Below are positions 38,132 through 47,556 of a DNA stretch of 64,000 nucleotides, piece by piece. The stretch is from a virus: positions 32,001 to 96,000 of IMG/VR virus record IMGVR_UViG_3300027747_000004, one strand, 5' to 3'. The notes under the pieces were generated by a model. That model had not been told where the DNA came from. It saw nothing but the letters and a program-made list of their open reading frames with translations, and did not search any database. Position 1 is the first letter of the stretch; the number at the start of each line of letters is the position of its first letter. Made by a program: the position numbers and the translations under genes.

Positions 38132-39900
38132 TGACAGCTGACGTTATTTCGCTAACAATACCTCCTGGTATTCAGCGGGATGGTACTGTTTTTGACTCGC
38201 CTATGTACGTAGATGGAGTATGGGTTCGATTTCAGCGTAAGCGCCCTCGTAAAATAGGTGGCTACAATGCAATGTTCTTGAATGCCGCTGAAATTAGTCG
38301 CGGCATGGTAATGCAGTCAACGCAAGGCTTGAACTACGTGTATTCAGGCTCTGCTAGTTACATTCAGCAGTGGTCTACATCTAATACGGATGGCGTAGGC
38401 TCGGGCCCAACTAATGTATTGACGTCATCAACGGCTGACTTTACTGCAAGTGCAAACAACTTATGGCAGTTTGATGTAGGTAATAATCTTGGTTCAGGCA
38501 TTCAAGTAGTTGCTCACCCAGGTCAAAACCTTGCAGCAATTGATAGCACAGTAAATACGCCTGTTTTGTCAGGCGCATTTCCAGGTGGCGCACTAACAAA
38601 AGTTGGCGTATTTACTGCGACAGGCACAATTAGTGGCACAGGCAGTGTTACATTTACTATCTCATCTGCTAACTACTTAATTGATGTAGGCCAAACAGTT
38701 ACAGGTGGCGGTATTGCAACAACTGCAACAGTTACGTCATCTGTTGTCAATGGCTCAGTCACTGTAGTTACATTATCAGCAGGCGGCACTGCAGGCACGC
38801 AAACACTTACATTTGACAATAACATTTCAGTGTCGGGCGGCGCTGTGATGCTGTACCCATATCTTTTTGTGTATGGCAACAATGGCTACGTGCAAAACTC
38901 TTCAGCAGGTGACTTCACTAATTGGGTTGCGCCCGATGCCAACATTGTCAATATTTCGGCTACAAAAGTAGTGAAGGGTATGGCGCTTCGCGGCGGTACT
39001 GCGTCACCATCCGGTTTATTTTGGTCGCTTGACCAGTTAACGCGTATTAGCTACGCGCCTACGCCCATCGGTAGCTCCACACAATATTGGCGTGCAGACA
39101 TTATCTCAACGCAAACGTCAATCTTGTCATCGCAATGCGCCATTGAGTATGATGGCTTGATCTTCTGGATTGCTGTTGATCGCTTTATGGTTTACAACGG
39201 CGTTGCACAAGAGTTACCTAATGGTACCAACCTCAACTTTTTCTTCGACAATCTAAACTACGCACAGCGCCAAAAAGTTTGGGCAGCCAAGGTTCCACGT
39301 TGGGGAGAGATCTGGTGGTTTTACCCCCATGGCACAGCCACTGAGTGCAACAACGCCATCATCTATAATGTTCGCGAACAGGTCTGGTATGATGCAGGGT
39401 TTGCTACAGGCGCGCAACGCTCAGCAGGTGTGTTTTCAGAAGTGTTTAGATACCCAGTATGGGCTGACAATGCCGCAAATAGCAATAGCAAATATACGTT
39501 ATGGCAGCACGAGTTTGGAAAGAATCGTCAATACCTAACTGCCGTTACTGCCATTCAAAGTTATTATGAAACAAATTGCATTGGGTGGGTAACTGGCGGA
39601 CCTGGGCAAAACGCTGTGCAAGGGGCCAATCGTTGGATGCGTTTAGAACGCATAGAGCCTGATTTTGTGCAAGTTGGCGATATGAGTGTGACTGTTATTG
39701 GCGCAGGTTATGCAGACGAGCCAGATTCTTACTCTGATCCGTATATTTTTAGCCCGTCAACATATAAAATAGACATGCGTGAGCAAAAACGTGAGATGCG
39801 TTTGCGCTTCGAATCTAACACTTTTAATGGCGACTATGAAACAGGCAAAGTGCTGCTTAGCGTCAGTGTGGGTGATGAACGTAGTACAGGCAACCCATGA
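38131..39900 (+). CDS. Tail nozzle / P22 gp10-like stabilisation protein
   Basis: PGIQRDGT, WVRF....PRKIGG, GEIWWFYP, IYN.....WY, R.EPDF. Confidence 0.7.
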   Translation: MTADVISLTIPPGIQRDGTVFDSPMYVDGVWVRFQRKRPRKIGGYNAMFLNAAEISRGMVMQSTQGLNYVYSGSASYIQQWSTSNTDGVGSGPTNVLTSSTADFTASANNLWQFDVGNNLGSGIQVVAHPGQNLAAIDSTVNTPVLSGAFPGGALTKVGVFTATGTISGTGSVTFTISSANYLIDVGQTVTGGGIATTATVTSSVVNGSVTVVTLSAGGTAGTQTLTFDNNISVSGGAVMLYPYLFVYGNNGYVQNSSAGDFTNWVAPDANIVNISATKVVKGMALRGGTASPSGLFWSLDQLTRISYAPTPIGSSTQYWRADIISTQTSILSSQCAIEYDGLIFWIAVDRFMVYNGVAQELPNGTNLNFFFDNLNYAQRQKVWAAKVPRWGEIWWFYPHGTATECNNAIIYNVREQVWYDAGFATGAQRSAGVFSEVFRYPVWADNAANSNSKYTLWQHEFGKNRQYLTAVTAIQSYYETNCIGWVTGGPGQNAVQGANRWMRLERIEPDFVQVGDMSVTVIGAGYADEPDSYSDPYIFSPSTYKIDMREQKREMRLRFESNTFNGDYETGKVLLSVSVGDERSTGNP

Positions 39901-40130
39901 TAGTTTACGATCCGCGAGGCATGTCATGGGACCAATGGTGCGCGCTTATGATTGAGCTTTTTGCTGCGCAGCAGTTAAGCAAGTACCCAGAAGAGCAATG
40001 GCAAGACTGGGCGCAGTCATTGCAAGGCATTGGCTATTTCAACAATTCAGCAGTGCCTGATGCACGTGGCTACTCAGACTGGCAAAGCTGGGCAAGTGCA
40101 TTGACTGGCATTATGTCAATAAGGGGCTAG
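39897..40130 (+). CDS. Small Trp-rich hypothetical protein
   Basis: ATGA coupling; W..WA repeats. Confidence 0.7.
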   Translation: MIVYDPRGMSWDQWCALMIELFAAQQLSKYPEEQWQDWAQSLQGIGYFNNSAVPDARGYSDWQSWASALTGIMSIRG

Positions 40131-40132
40131 AT

Positions 40133-41644
40133 ATGCCAAGAGATAGTAGTGATGATATAACTGCAAGCACACCTGGTGCAGTGCTTGATCCCGGCAATTC
40201 GAGGCGCGACCCTTATTGGCGTATGCCTACTGAAGCTGAGAAAGCAAAAGCATCTTATGATGCCGCATACGCAGCACTTAGTCCTGCGCTCAAAGCTAAA
40301 GTAGAAAGCGGTCAACTTAGACTTGACATCATTGAGTCCAATGTAGGCGGAAGCCATAATTCTGAAATGGCACCCTCTGGCATTCGCGGTTTTACTGCGC
40401 CTGCGGGTGGAGATATGTTGAATGTGTACGACATCAATGGTAATTTAACTAAACAAGTTAATGCTCACGGTGATGATGGCGGTTTCTTTGATCGAGTGTT
40501 TAGCGGCGTTGGAGATTTCTTTGCTGACCCAGCAAAGGCAACCACTCAGTTTTTTAAAAATCCAGGAGTAACAGAGGCCACCTTGGCGGCTGCTGCTTTA
40601 TACGGAATGCCTGCGCTTCAAGAGCTTGCTGCCGGAACTGGGGCGGCGGCTGGTACTGCAGCTTCTGTTGCACCAGAAGTTCTTGCTGCAGATTTAGCGG
40701 CGTATCCAACAGCTGGAATTGTTGGCGATGTTTCTGCTGCGGCTTCAGGCATCCCATCTTTACCCGCGAATGATGTATATGTTCCACCTGAAGCAGTAAG
40801 CACGCCTCCTAACTTACCCGCGAATGATGTATATGTTCCACCTGAAGCAGTAAGCACGCCTCCTAACTTACCCGCGAATGATGTATATGTTCCACCTGAA
40901 GCAGTAAGCACGCCCCCTAACTTACCCGCGAATGATGTATATGTTCCACCTGAAGCAGTAAGCACGCCTCCAGGAATACCTGCATATGATGTATATGTTC
41001 CACCTGAAGCAGTAAGTGGGCCAAGCTTAACTGCTTCGGCAATAGTAAAAAGCTTAATTGCTGGTAAAAACGCAATAGACAGCGCAAAGTCATTGTTTGG
41101 CACATCGCCACAAGGCTTAACGCAGCAAGGGCTTAACATGCTAAACCCTTCAGGTGGCGGTAGTGTGTCTTCACAAAACTTGCAAAGCACCGGTCTTACA
41201 AGCACTGCGCCTTCAGGCAATGAAGGCATTTTAAAGCAGCTTGTGCAAATGTATCCGCAAATGGCTAACGTATCGCCACAAACTATGGCGGCAATTTCGC
41301 CGCATATGCAGCAGATTGAGCAAACACCAATGCCTGAAGAGCAGCCTCGCTACTTTGCTGAAGGCGGGCTTTCAAGCCACAAACCTGAATTTATTACAGG
41401 CGCAACTGGGCACTACGTTAAAGGTCGTGGCGATGGGCAGTCTGATGACATTCCTGCAATGCTTGCAGATGGCGAGTATGTGTTTGATGCAGACACTGTT
41501 GCAGCACTTGGTAATGGCTCTTCTGATGCAGGTGCAAAACGTTTGGATGAAATGCGAGAAGCTATTCGTAAGCATAAACGCTCTGCGCCTATACATAAAA
41601 TTCCACCAAAGGCCAAATCGCCTTTAGAATACATTAAAGGATAG
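40133..41644 (+). CDS. Putative ejection/internal virion protein with C-terminal FAEGG..GDGQSDDIPAMLADGEYV domain
   Basis: Position after nozzle; low complexity; C-terminal domain resembles that near the C-termini of tape-measure proteins. Confidence 0.65.
   Translation: MPRDSSDDITASTPGAVLDPGNSRRDPYWRMPTEAEKAKASYDAAYAALSPALKAKVESGQLRLDIIESNVGGSHNSEMAPSGIRGFTAPAGGDMLNVYDINGNLTKQVNAHGDDGGFFDRVFSGVGDFFADPAKATTQFFKNPGVTEATLAAAALYGMPALQELAAGTGAAAGTAASVAPEVLAADLAAYPTAGIVGDVSAAASGIPSLPANDVYVPPEAVSTPPNLPANDVYVPPEAVSTPPNLPANDVYVPPEAVSTPPNLPANDVYVPPEAVSTPPGIPAYDVYVPPEAVSGPSLTASAIVKSLIAGKNAIDSAKSLFGTSPQGLTQQGLNMLNPSGGGSVSSQNLQSTGLTSTAPSGNEGILKQLVQMYPQMANVSPQTMAAISPHMQQIEQTPMPEEQPRYFAEGGLSSHKPEFITGATGHYVKGRGDGQSDDIPAMLADGEYVFDADTVAALGNGSSDAGAKRLDEMREAIRKHKRSAPIHKIPPKAKSPLEYIKG
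40760..41017 (+). repeat. 54-bp in-frame tandem repeat (LPANDVYVPPEAVSTPPN), 4 copies plus 1 degenerate
   Basis: Units start at 40760, 40814, 40868, 40922, 40976. Confidence 0.95.
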
Positions 41645-41647
41645 ATC

Positions 41648-42538
41648 ATGACCGATATTACGCAAGGCACGCCGTTGCCAGATATTCACTCCACAACGAC
41701 GCAGACAACAACTGCGCCGGATTGGTTTTCAACTTACATGCAGGATATTGCAAAGAATGGCGCAGCTGCTGCAACAAATGCAACGTTTGCGCCTGCAACT
41801 GCTAATCAAACAGCTGCATGGAAAGCTGCAGGCGCCAATGTAGGCAACTATCAGACCAACTTAGATGCGTCAAAAAATCTTGTAACACAAGGCGCACTGT
41901 CTGCTGTAGACCCTAATAATGCTAATGGCGTGCAATCATTTATGTCTCCTTATATAAATGACGTAGTAGACAACATTGGCGCGCAAGGTCAAAACAACAT
42001 TGCACGTGGATTGGCGCCGCAAGTCACTTCAGGTATTGTAGGCTCAGGCATGTTTGGCTCTAAACAAGGCGCAAATGCGTTGGCGTCAAATATTGCAAAT
42101 GCTGAAAATAACATTACTCAACAGCAAACACAAGCATTGCAAAGTGGCTATAGTCAAGCACTGGCAGCTGCGCAAAATCAGCAAGGCTTTGACTTTACAG
42201 GCGCAGGGTTAATGTCTGGCCTTGCAGGTCAAACACAAGCATTAGGGCAAGGCGATGTCAACACATTGGCAACAATGGGTGCGCAAGAGCAAACCAACAA
42301 TCAAAATTCAAATCTCTTTGACTTGCAAAAGCAACAGTACGCGGCCAATCTTTTAAAGGGCTATACAGTGCCTACTGGTGTAACAAGCAACTATGTTGGC
42401 CCAGGTGGTGCAGGACAATACTCTTCATCGTCTCTAGCAACAGCAGGTGGCACCGCTGCAATTATTGCAGGGATTGCAAGCTCACCGGGTGGGCAGCAAA
42501 TGATTGATTGGTTGCAAAGAAATGGGTACCTCCCATAG
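41648..42538 (+). CDS. Putative DNA ejection (pilot) protein
   Basis: A/Q/G/N-rich, FMSPYINDVV, G.FGS, hydrophobic C-terminus. Confidence 0.65.
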   Translation: MTDITQGTPLPDIHSTTTQTTTAPDWFSTYMQDIAKNGAAAATNATFAPATANQTAAWKAAGANVGNYQTNLDASKNLVTQGALSAVDPNNANGVQSFMSPYINDVVDNIGAQGQNNIARGLAPQVTSGIVGSGMFGSKQGANALASNIANAENNITQQQTQALQSGYSQALAAAQNQQGFDFTGAGLMSGLAGQTQALGQGDVNTLATMGAQEQTNNQNSNLFDLQKQQYAANLLKGYTVPTGVTSNYVGPGGAGQYSSSSLATAGGTAAIIAGIASSPGGQQMIDWLQRNGYLP

Positions 42539-42551
42539 TTAAAGGCTGAAT

Positions 42552-44636
42552 ATGGCACTACCCGTAATCCCCACATTGCCTACTGACGCAGCAACAAATC
42601 CTGATGCTGCTGCGCAGTATACATCTGCGCTAGATAGACTGTCAAAGTCGCTAAATCAACGCAATGATACTAATTGGTTTAGCATCGCAGGCGCTTTACT
42701 AGACCCAGGCAAAACTGGCTCATTTGGTGAAGCTGCAGGCCGCGCAGCAACTGTTGTTGGTCAACAGCGACAAGCTGAGCTTGAACGACAGCCTGCGATT
42801 GTGCAAATGCAAATGCAAATCGAAGGGCAAAAGTATGAGTTGCAAAGCCGCGCTGACGCAATGAGAATGCTAGGCGAAGCAATTGGTGCACCACCTTCGC
42901 AAGTTGCGCAAGTCTTAAAGAACGGATCTGAAGGTACCGCAGCAGCTACTGCAACAGCGTCAACGCCGGGGCTGGCTGAAACGGCTAATAAGTTGCAGCA
43001 GATTGACCCCAAAGTCTATTTGAAAATCGCCGCTAAAAACCCAACAATAGGGGCCTTGGTCAAAGACTACGCAGGCATGACTGACGCGCAGATTAAAACG
43101 CAAATTGAGCAAGACAAACTTAGTGAACAGCAAAACCAAAACAAGATTGGCAATCAGATTGAAGGCGTTAAGCTACAAAACGCATATCTTGAATTGCAAA
43201 TCAAAGTGCTGCAGGCTGGCAATGACCAAGAAGCTAAGCGTCGTGCAAATGCTGAGTTCATTGACAAAGTTGGCCCCACTGCTGCAAAGGCTTATGGCAT
43301 TGAAATACAGCAACCCGCAGCAATGCCTTCACCACAAGCGCCTGCAATTCCAGGTGTAACAGCACCTGCTGGAGGCACTGGAGCAGCAAGGCCATTGGTT
43401 ACCCCACCTACTCCGCCCGCAGGCCCTCAAGGGACACTGGTGACACCTCCGGCAGGTAGCCAACCACCACCTGCTCCTGCAATGCCGCAAGGTGGTCCTG
43501 CAATGCCGCAAGGTGGTCCTGCAATGCCGCAAGGTGGCCCTGCAATGCCGCAAGGTGGCCCTGCAATGCCTGCACCGCCTATGGGGCCTGCGGCAATGTC
43601 TCGACCTGCTGCGCTTGGTCCGGCGCCCGTTGCTACGCCTACAGGAAGTCCTGCAGCATTGATTGGCAACTTAACTGCAACCCGTGATAAGCTTTCAACA
43701 TTGCTAGATGCAGCAGTCAAGTCTGGCAATCAGCAAGTACAAGCTGCTATCAGCCCGCAACTTGCTGATGTTGAGAACTTACTTCGCCAAGTTGGTGGAC
43801 AAATACCGCAGCAAGCGCAGCAAGCGCCACGAGTATCTGCGTTGCAAGTGCCTATGCAGCCTGTTACGCAACCTGCAGCGTCTGTACCGCAAAATATGAG
43901 TGATGTTAGATCTGACTCACCTGCAGTGCAGCGTGCTATTGAGCAAAAGCGTGCTGAGGCGCAAATTGGCATGGAGACAAGAAACGCTGAAACGCAATTA
44001 AAGCCTTTTAATGATAAAGTTGCTGCGCTTAATCGCTTCAACCCAACTACCAATTCGCAAGCCATCAACAATATGACCACTTTGCGCCAAATTACAACTG
44101 ACCCTGATGGGCAAGCTGTGTTTGGGCAATTGCAAGCACGCGATGTTGACACAGTCATTAAGCGTGCAGCAAAAGCTGCTGGGCAAATGGTTAATACTGG
44201 CGTTGGCATTGGGCACTTTGGTCATGCCAATGTTAATGTTGAAGACTTGGTGTCCAATCTAAACTTGGATGATCGGCAAAAGAAACTAGCATCTCGTGCA
44301 TTGAACGCTATAGCTGAAGAAACTGTTGCCAATCTTTCATTAAATCGTGAAGCAATTGGTGGGCGTCTTAGCAACTATGAAGACAAGCAACTTAGCGCTG
44401 CAATTGCAAACATAGGCAATTTGCCTGAAGCTATGTATTATTGGGCAGGCAAACGTCTTTTGCAACATCAAAACGACAGTAAAATTGCTGGGATGTATAG
44501 CGCATGGGATGAAGCAAACCCAGGTCTTGCAGTTAAAAATCCTCGTGCGTTCTTTAAGACAGATGCATACATTAAGCAAAACAGCGACTACTTAGATGCA
44601 CTAAAAGGTCTTGACCAAGTGCTCTTGAAAAAGTAA
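42552..44636 (+). CDS. Putative DNA ejection protein
   Basis: GALLDPGKTGSFGE, helical A/Q-rich regions, Pro-rich linker. Confidence 0.6.
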   Translation: MALPVIPTLPTDAATNPDAAAQYTSALDRLSKSLNQRNDTNWFSIAGALLDPGKTGSFGEAAGRAATVVGQQRQAELERQPAIVQMQMQIEGQKYELQSRADAMRMLGEAIGAPPSQVAQVLKNGSEGTAAATATASTPGLAETANKLQQIDPKVYLKIAAKNPTIGALVKDYAGMTDAQIKTQIEQDKLSEQQNQNKIGNQIEGVKLQNAYLELQIKVLQAGNDQEAKRRANAEFIDKVGPTAAKAYGIEIQQPAAMPSPQAPAIPGVTAPAGGTGAARPLVTPPTPPAGPQGTLVTPPAGSQPPPAPAMPQGGPAMPQGGPAMPQGGPAMPQGGPAMPAPPMGPAAMSRPAALGPAPVATPTGSPAALIGNLTATRDKLSTLLDAAVKSGNQQVQAAISPQLADVENLLRQVGGQIPQQAQQAPRVSALQVPMQPVTQPAASVPQNMSDVRSDSPAVQRAIEQKRAEAQIGMETRNAETQLKPFNDKVAALNRFNPTTNSQAINNMTTLRQITTDPDGQAVFGQLQARDVDTVIKRAAKAAGQMVNTGVGIGHFGHANVNVEDLVSNLNLDDRQKKLASRALNAIAEETVANLSLNREAIGGRLSNYEDKQLSAAIANIGNLPEAMYYWAGKRLLQHQNDSKIAGMYSAWDEANPGLAVKNPRAFFKTDAYIKQNSDYLDALKGLDQVLLKK
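43476..43571 (+). repeat. 21-bp in-frame tandem repeat (PAMPQGG x4 plus partial)
   Basis: CCTGCAATGCCGCAAGGTGG(T/C) units. Confidence 0.95.
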
Positions 44637-44645
44637 AGGGTATCT

Positions 44646-45848
44646 ATGGCAACCACGCCTGTTAAATCTAGTGTAGACTCATTAAGTGGGTTTGACCCAA
44701 GTTTGACTGTGCCATTTGGCGCAACTGCACCAGCATCTTCACCTGCTGCAGCCACATATGAAGACTTTGCTGCTTCTAACCCTGGTGCCACTGAAGAGCA
44801 ATACACTGATGCAATGCGAAGGCGTGCAGCAGCGCCTGTTGCAGCAGAAGCTGACATTGACCCCTTGGCGCCATACGTGCGACGTGGGCCAGCACCTGCA
44901 GCTCAAAAAGCTAATGAGGGACTTGGCATAAGTGAGATTGGCGCAACTCTTGGTGGCGCAGCCATTGGCTCACGTGTGCCTAACTACGTTAACCCAGATC
45001 TGACTGCTGCCAAAGTTGACTTAACTCGTAATGCAGCGTATGAGCAGTCATTGGTTAAGCCTTTGCAGGCTACACTTGATCAAGCGCACATGGCGCATCA
45101 AGCTGCACAAACTACACTTTCTGACGCTGCTATGACGCGTGATGCTGCGCATGCTGCTGCGCAAGCTGTTGGGCTTAATCCTGCTGACATTCCAATTGAA
45201 GATCTTGCCGGTGATAAATGGAACAAAAAAGTAGTAGGTTCAATGGGCCCAGGCGGCGATAGCGTTACAGAAGCTGCACGTAACTACAATGTTGAAAAAG
45301 GCTTGCCTGCAGATTACAAAGCCACTCGCAGCGGATTGGCAGTGCCTCGAAGCTATGAAGAGCCTGCGCATATTGCAAATGCGCGTCAGGCAGTTGTTGA
45401 CGCTGGGCTGGCTCATAAAACTGCGCAAGCAGAAGCAGCAGCAGCGCAACTTGCTTTAGAGCAGGCAAAAGCTGCAAGAAACGCGCCGTCCATAGCACGA
45501 GCAACTGCAGCAACGCAAGGGGCACAAGCAACGCTTGATGAGTTATCCAAGGCAAAAACTTTCTTGGCTAAGATTCCGGGCTTTAACACAATCATGGGCG
45601 GTTTGTCAGCAGGTGAGCTAGTGCATGCCTACAATGAGTTTCAGGCAGGCAATACTCTTGAAGGTGTAATGGCGGGTCTTAGTGGCGCAGGCGGCTTGGT
45701 TGGGCTAATACCACATCCGGCAGCTAAGGCCGCAGGCGCTATTATGTCTTTGCCGCCTCTTGCGTACCAAGGCTACCAAGCTTACAAAGAGCATAAGACA
45801 AAGAACCCCGACCTAGGCAATTTTGCACCCGGCCGCGGTGACTATTAA
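44646..45848 (+). CDS. Putative ejection protein
   Basis: Ala-rich, Gly-rich hydrophobic C-terminus; last late gene. Confidence 0.6.
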   Translation: MATTPVKSSVDSLSGFDPSLTVPFGATAPASSPAAATYEDFAASNPGATEEQYTDAMRRRAAAPVAAEADIDPLAPYVRRGPAPAAQKANEGLGISEIGATLGGAAIGSRVPNYVNPDLTAAKVDLTRNAAYEQSLVKPLQATLDQAHMAHQAAQTTLSDAAMTRDAAHAAAQAVGLNPADIPIEDLAGDKWNKKVVGSMGPGGDSVTEAARNYNVEKGLPADYKATRSGLAVPRSYEEPAHIANARQAVVDAGLAHKTAQAEAAAAQLALEQAKAARNAPSIARATAATQGAQATLDELSKAKTFLAKIPGFNTIMGGLSAGELVHAYNEFQAGNTLEGVMAGLSGAGGLVGLIPHPAAKAAGAIMSLPPLAYQGYQAYKEHKTKNPDLGNFAPGRGDY

Positions 45849-46537
45849 AGCTCTTTGCCTTTAGTGTAAAACCACATACGCACTGAGCTCATTCCACCAT
45901 CAATCAATACGTGGTTAGGAAATGCTTGGTACTTGTGGTACAGTGGATGGTTGATGAAGTTTTTCATCAGCAGGTACGCATCAGCATCCGGTGGTGACAT
46001 ACCCATGGCACGGTCAGTGTCAATGCACTTAACGTCAAAGTCATCCGCAAACTCTCGTTGCATTGCATGGGCTTGGTCATTTAGCAAGCCAATGATGACT
46101 ACACGCTTTTTCTTAATGCCTGTTGCAGCATACTCACCACAGTGTTTGCGCACCCCAAAGTCATGCTCAAGCTCTTTAACTGCTATTGCAATTTCTTGCT
46201 TTAGTGCACCGGCAATTTTCTTTGCTATGGCCTGAACGAGGTCATCAAGAGTGGGGTCCCAGGATGTACTGGTGGGCACTGGCGCCACTTCATTAGCAAC
46301 TGTGGGTGGTTCTATTGCTTTTTGCTTTGGCACATCCAGCGCTATGCGAACCTTCAATTCTTTGATGAGCTCATATGCAGCTGGATATGCATTGAACGGG
46401 CGCTGCCGCGACTCAGGCAGCTTTTTTTGCGCTGCTTTGATTGCGTCAAAATACCCGTAACTGTGGTCTGTAACGTAGCGATGCGCAACAGTAAGCACCG
46501 TGTCAATTTCAGCTTTTGTCCAGAAAATTTTAGCCAT
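45845..46537 (-). CDS. Hypothetical protein, C-terminal DUF2325-like alpha/beta domain
   Basis: RVVIIG..DAYLLMKNFINH..GGMSSV; own TATAAT at 46592-46597. Confidence 0.6.
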   Translation of the reverse strand: MAKIFWTKAEIDTVLTVAHRYVTDHSYGYFDAIKAAQKKLPESRQRPFNAYPAAYELIKELKVRIALDVPKQKAIEPPTVANEVAPVPTSTSWDPTLDDLVQAIAKKIAGALKQEIAIAVKELEHDFGVRKHCGEYAATGIKKKRVVIIGLLNDQAHAMQREFADDFDVKCIDTDRAMGMSPPDADAYLLMKNFINHPLYHKYQAFPNHVLIDGGMSSVRMWFYTKGKEL

Positions 46538-46603
46538 GATGTATCCTTTTCAATAGTCAAAGTACCGTAGACAACGTTGCCTACGGTACTGATTATACAG
46601 CAA

Positions 46604-46789
46604 TCAGGGTGCAAAGTCTGCTTCAGCTGCAACTTTTTGCCAATTTTCCACATTTACCAACTCAATCTTCAATGCCATCAAGGCTTCAATGATCTCTGGC
46701 AATGTGTAATGCTGCCGCAGCATGGCCTCAATGTACTTGCGTAGCACACGTTCTGCGGGATGCCGTAAGGCTAAATGTTGAGTAGCCAT
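46604..46789 (-). CDS. Hypothetical protein
   Basis: Overlaps 3' end of TS homologue. Confidence 0.5.
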   Translation of the reverse strand: MATQHLALRHPAERVLRKYIEAMLRQHYTLPEIIEALMALKIELVNVENWQKVAAEADFAP

Positions 46790-47556
46790 TTTGAGAACTC
46801 GTACTTGGGGTTGATGACAGAGTTGCTAAGCTCCAAAGCTTCGTCTTTTGTGATGCGAGGTGGAGGGTCTGAGATGGATAGATATGTGGAGCTACCCACA
46901 ATTTCTTTGAACATTTCCATACGACGCACATAAACGTGGAAAGAACCTACGGTAACCGTAAGATTGCCCATGTTTACGCCAAGAATGGCAGCAATGATCT
47001 CTTGCAAAAATGAGAACGTGGGCAGGTCATTGGCCATGCCCCATAGGATGTCTTGGCTGCGCATAATTGCACGAGCATTCAATTGACCATTGCGAATGCG
47101 AAACTCAATGGCAAGTGTGCAAGGCACATCTTTTGCGTCAATGTCCATGTGGTCAACGTCAGTGCCATACATTGGAATGACAGCACGGCGGCTGGTAGGG
47201 TCAGCCGTCAGCAACTTTACAATGTTGCGTACGCCATGGCGGCCAAACCAGTATGAGCCATAGTTGCTATTGAGCTTGCCGTTGGCAATGATTTTGCCCC
47301 ACTGCGCTGCGTGATCTGCAATGGTCAGGTCATATGGATTGGCCTTGATGTACCAAGCCATTTCACGCTTAAGATACGGGATGTTGAGCGCACGGCCTTT
47401 AAATGCATTGAACCTGACGTACGGCCCAACTGTGTACGAGAAGTTTTCAATCTCCAGTGTTGTTTCGCCACGAGGCGTGGCCCATTCGCCGTATTCACGC
47501 AGTACGTGGTACAGATTGATGAGGTCTGCTTCTTTATTGATAATCGCTAAGTCCAT
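46771..47556 (-). CDS. Thymidylate synthase homologue, dCMP-modifying type (hydroxymethylase-like)
   Basis: NSNYG, SRRAV, DVPCT (catalytic Cys), MRSQDILWGMAND, SFHVY; Asp at the position of E. coli ThyA Asn177. Confidence 0.85.
   Translation of the reverse strand: MDLAIINKEADLINLYHVLREYGEWATPRGETTLEIENFSYTVGPYVRFNAFKGRALNIPYLKREMAWYIKANPYDLTIADHAAQWGKIIANGKLNSNYGSYWFGRHGVRNIVKLLTADPTSRRAVIPMYGTDVDHMDIDAKDVPCTLAIEFRIRNGQLNARAIMRSQDILWGMANDLPTFSFLQEIIAAILGVNMGNLTVTVGSFHVYVRRMEMFKEIVGSSTYLSISDPPPRITKDEALELSNSVINPKYEFSKWLLNI

Noticed and set aside
40760-41017. Repeat array as CRISPR
   Set aside because: Units are contiguous with no unique spacers, lie in frame within a CDS, and no cas operon is present; the Cas4-like gene is a typical phage replication exonuclease
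46771-47556. Ordinary thyA
   Set aside because: Asp at the specificity position and the kinase/transferase context argue against canonical dTMP synthesis
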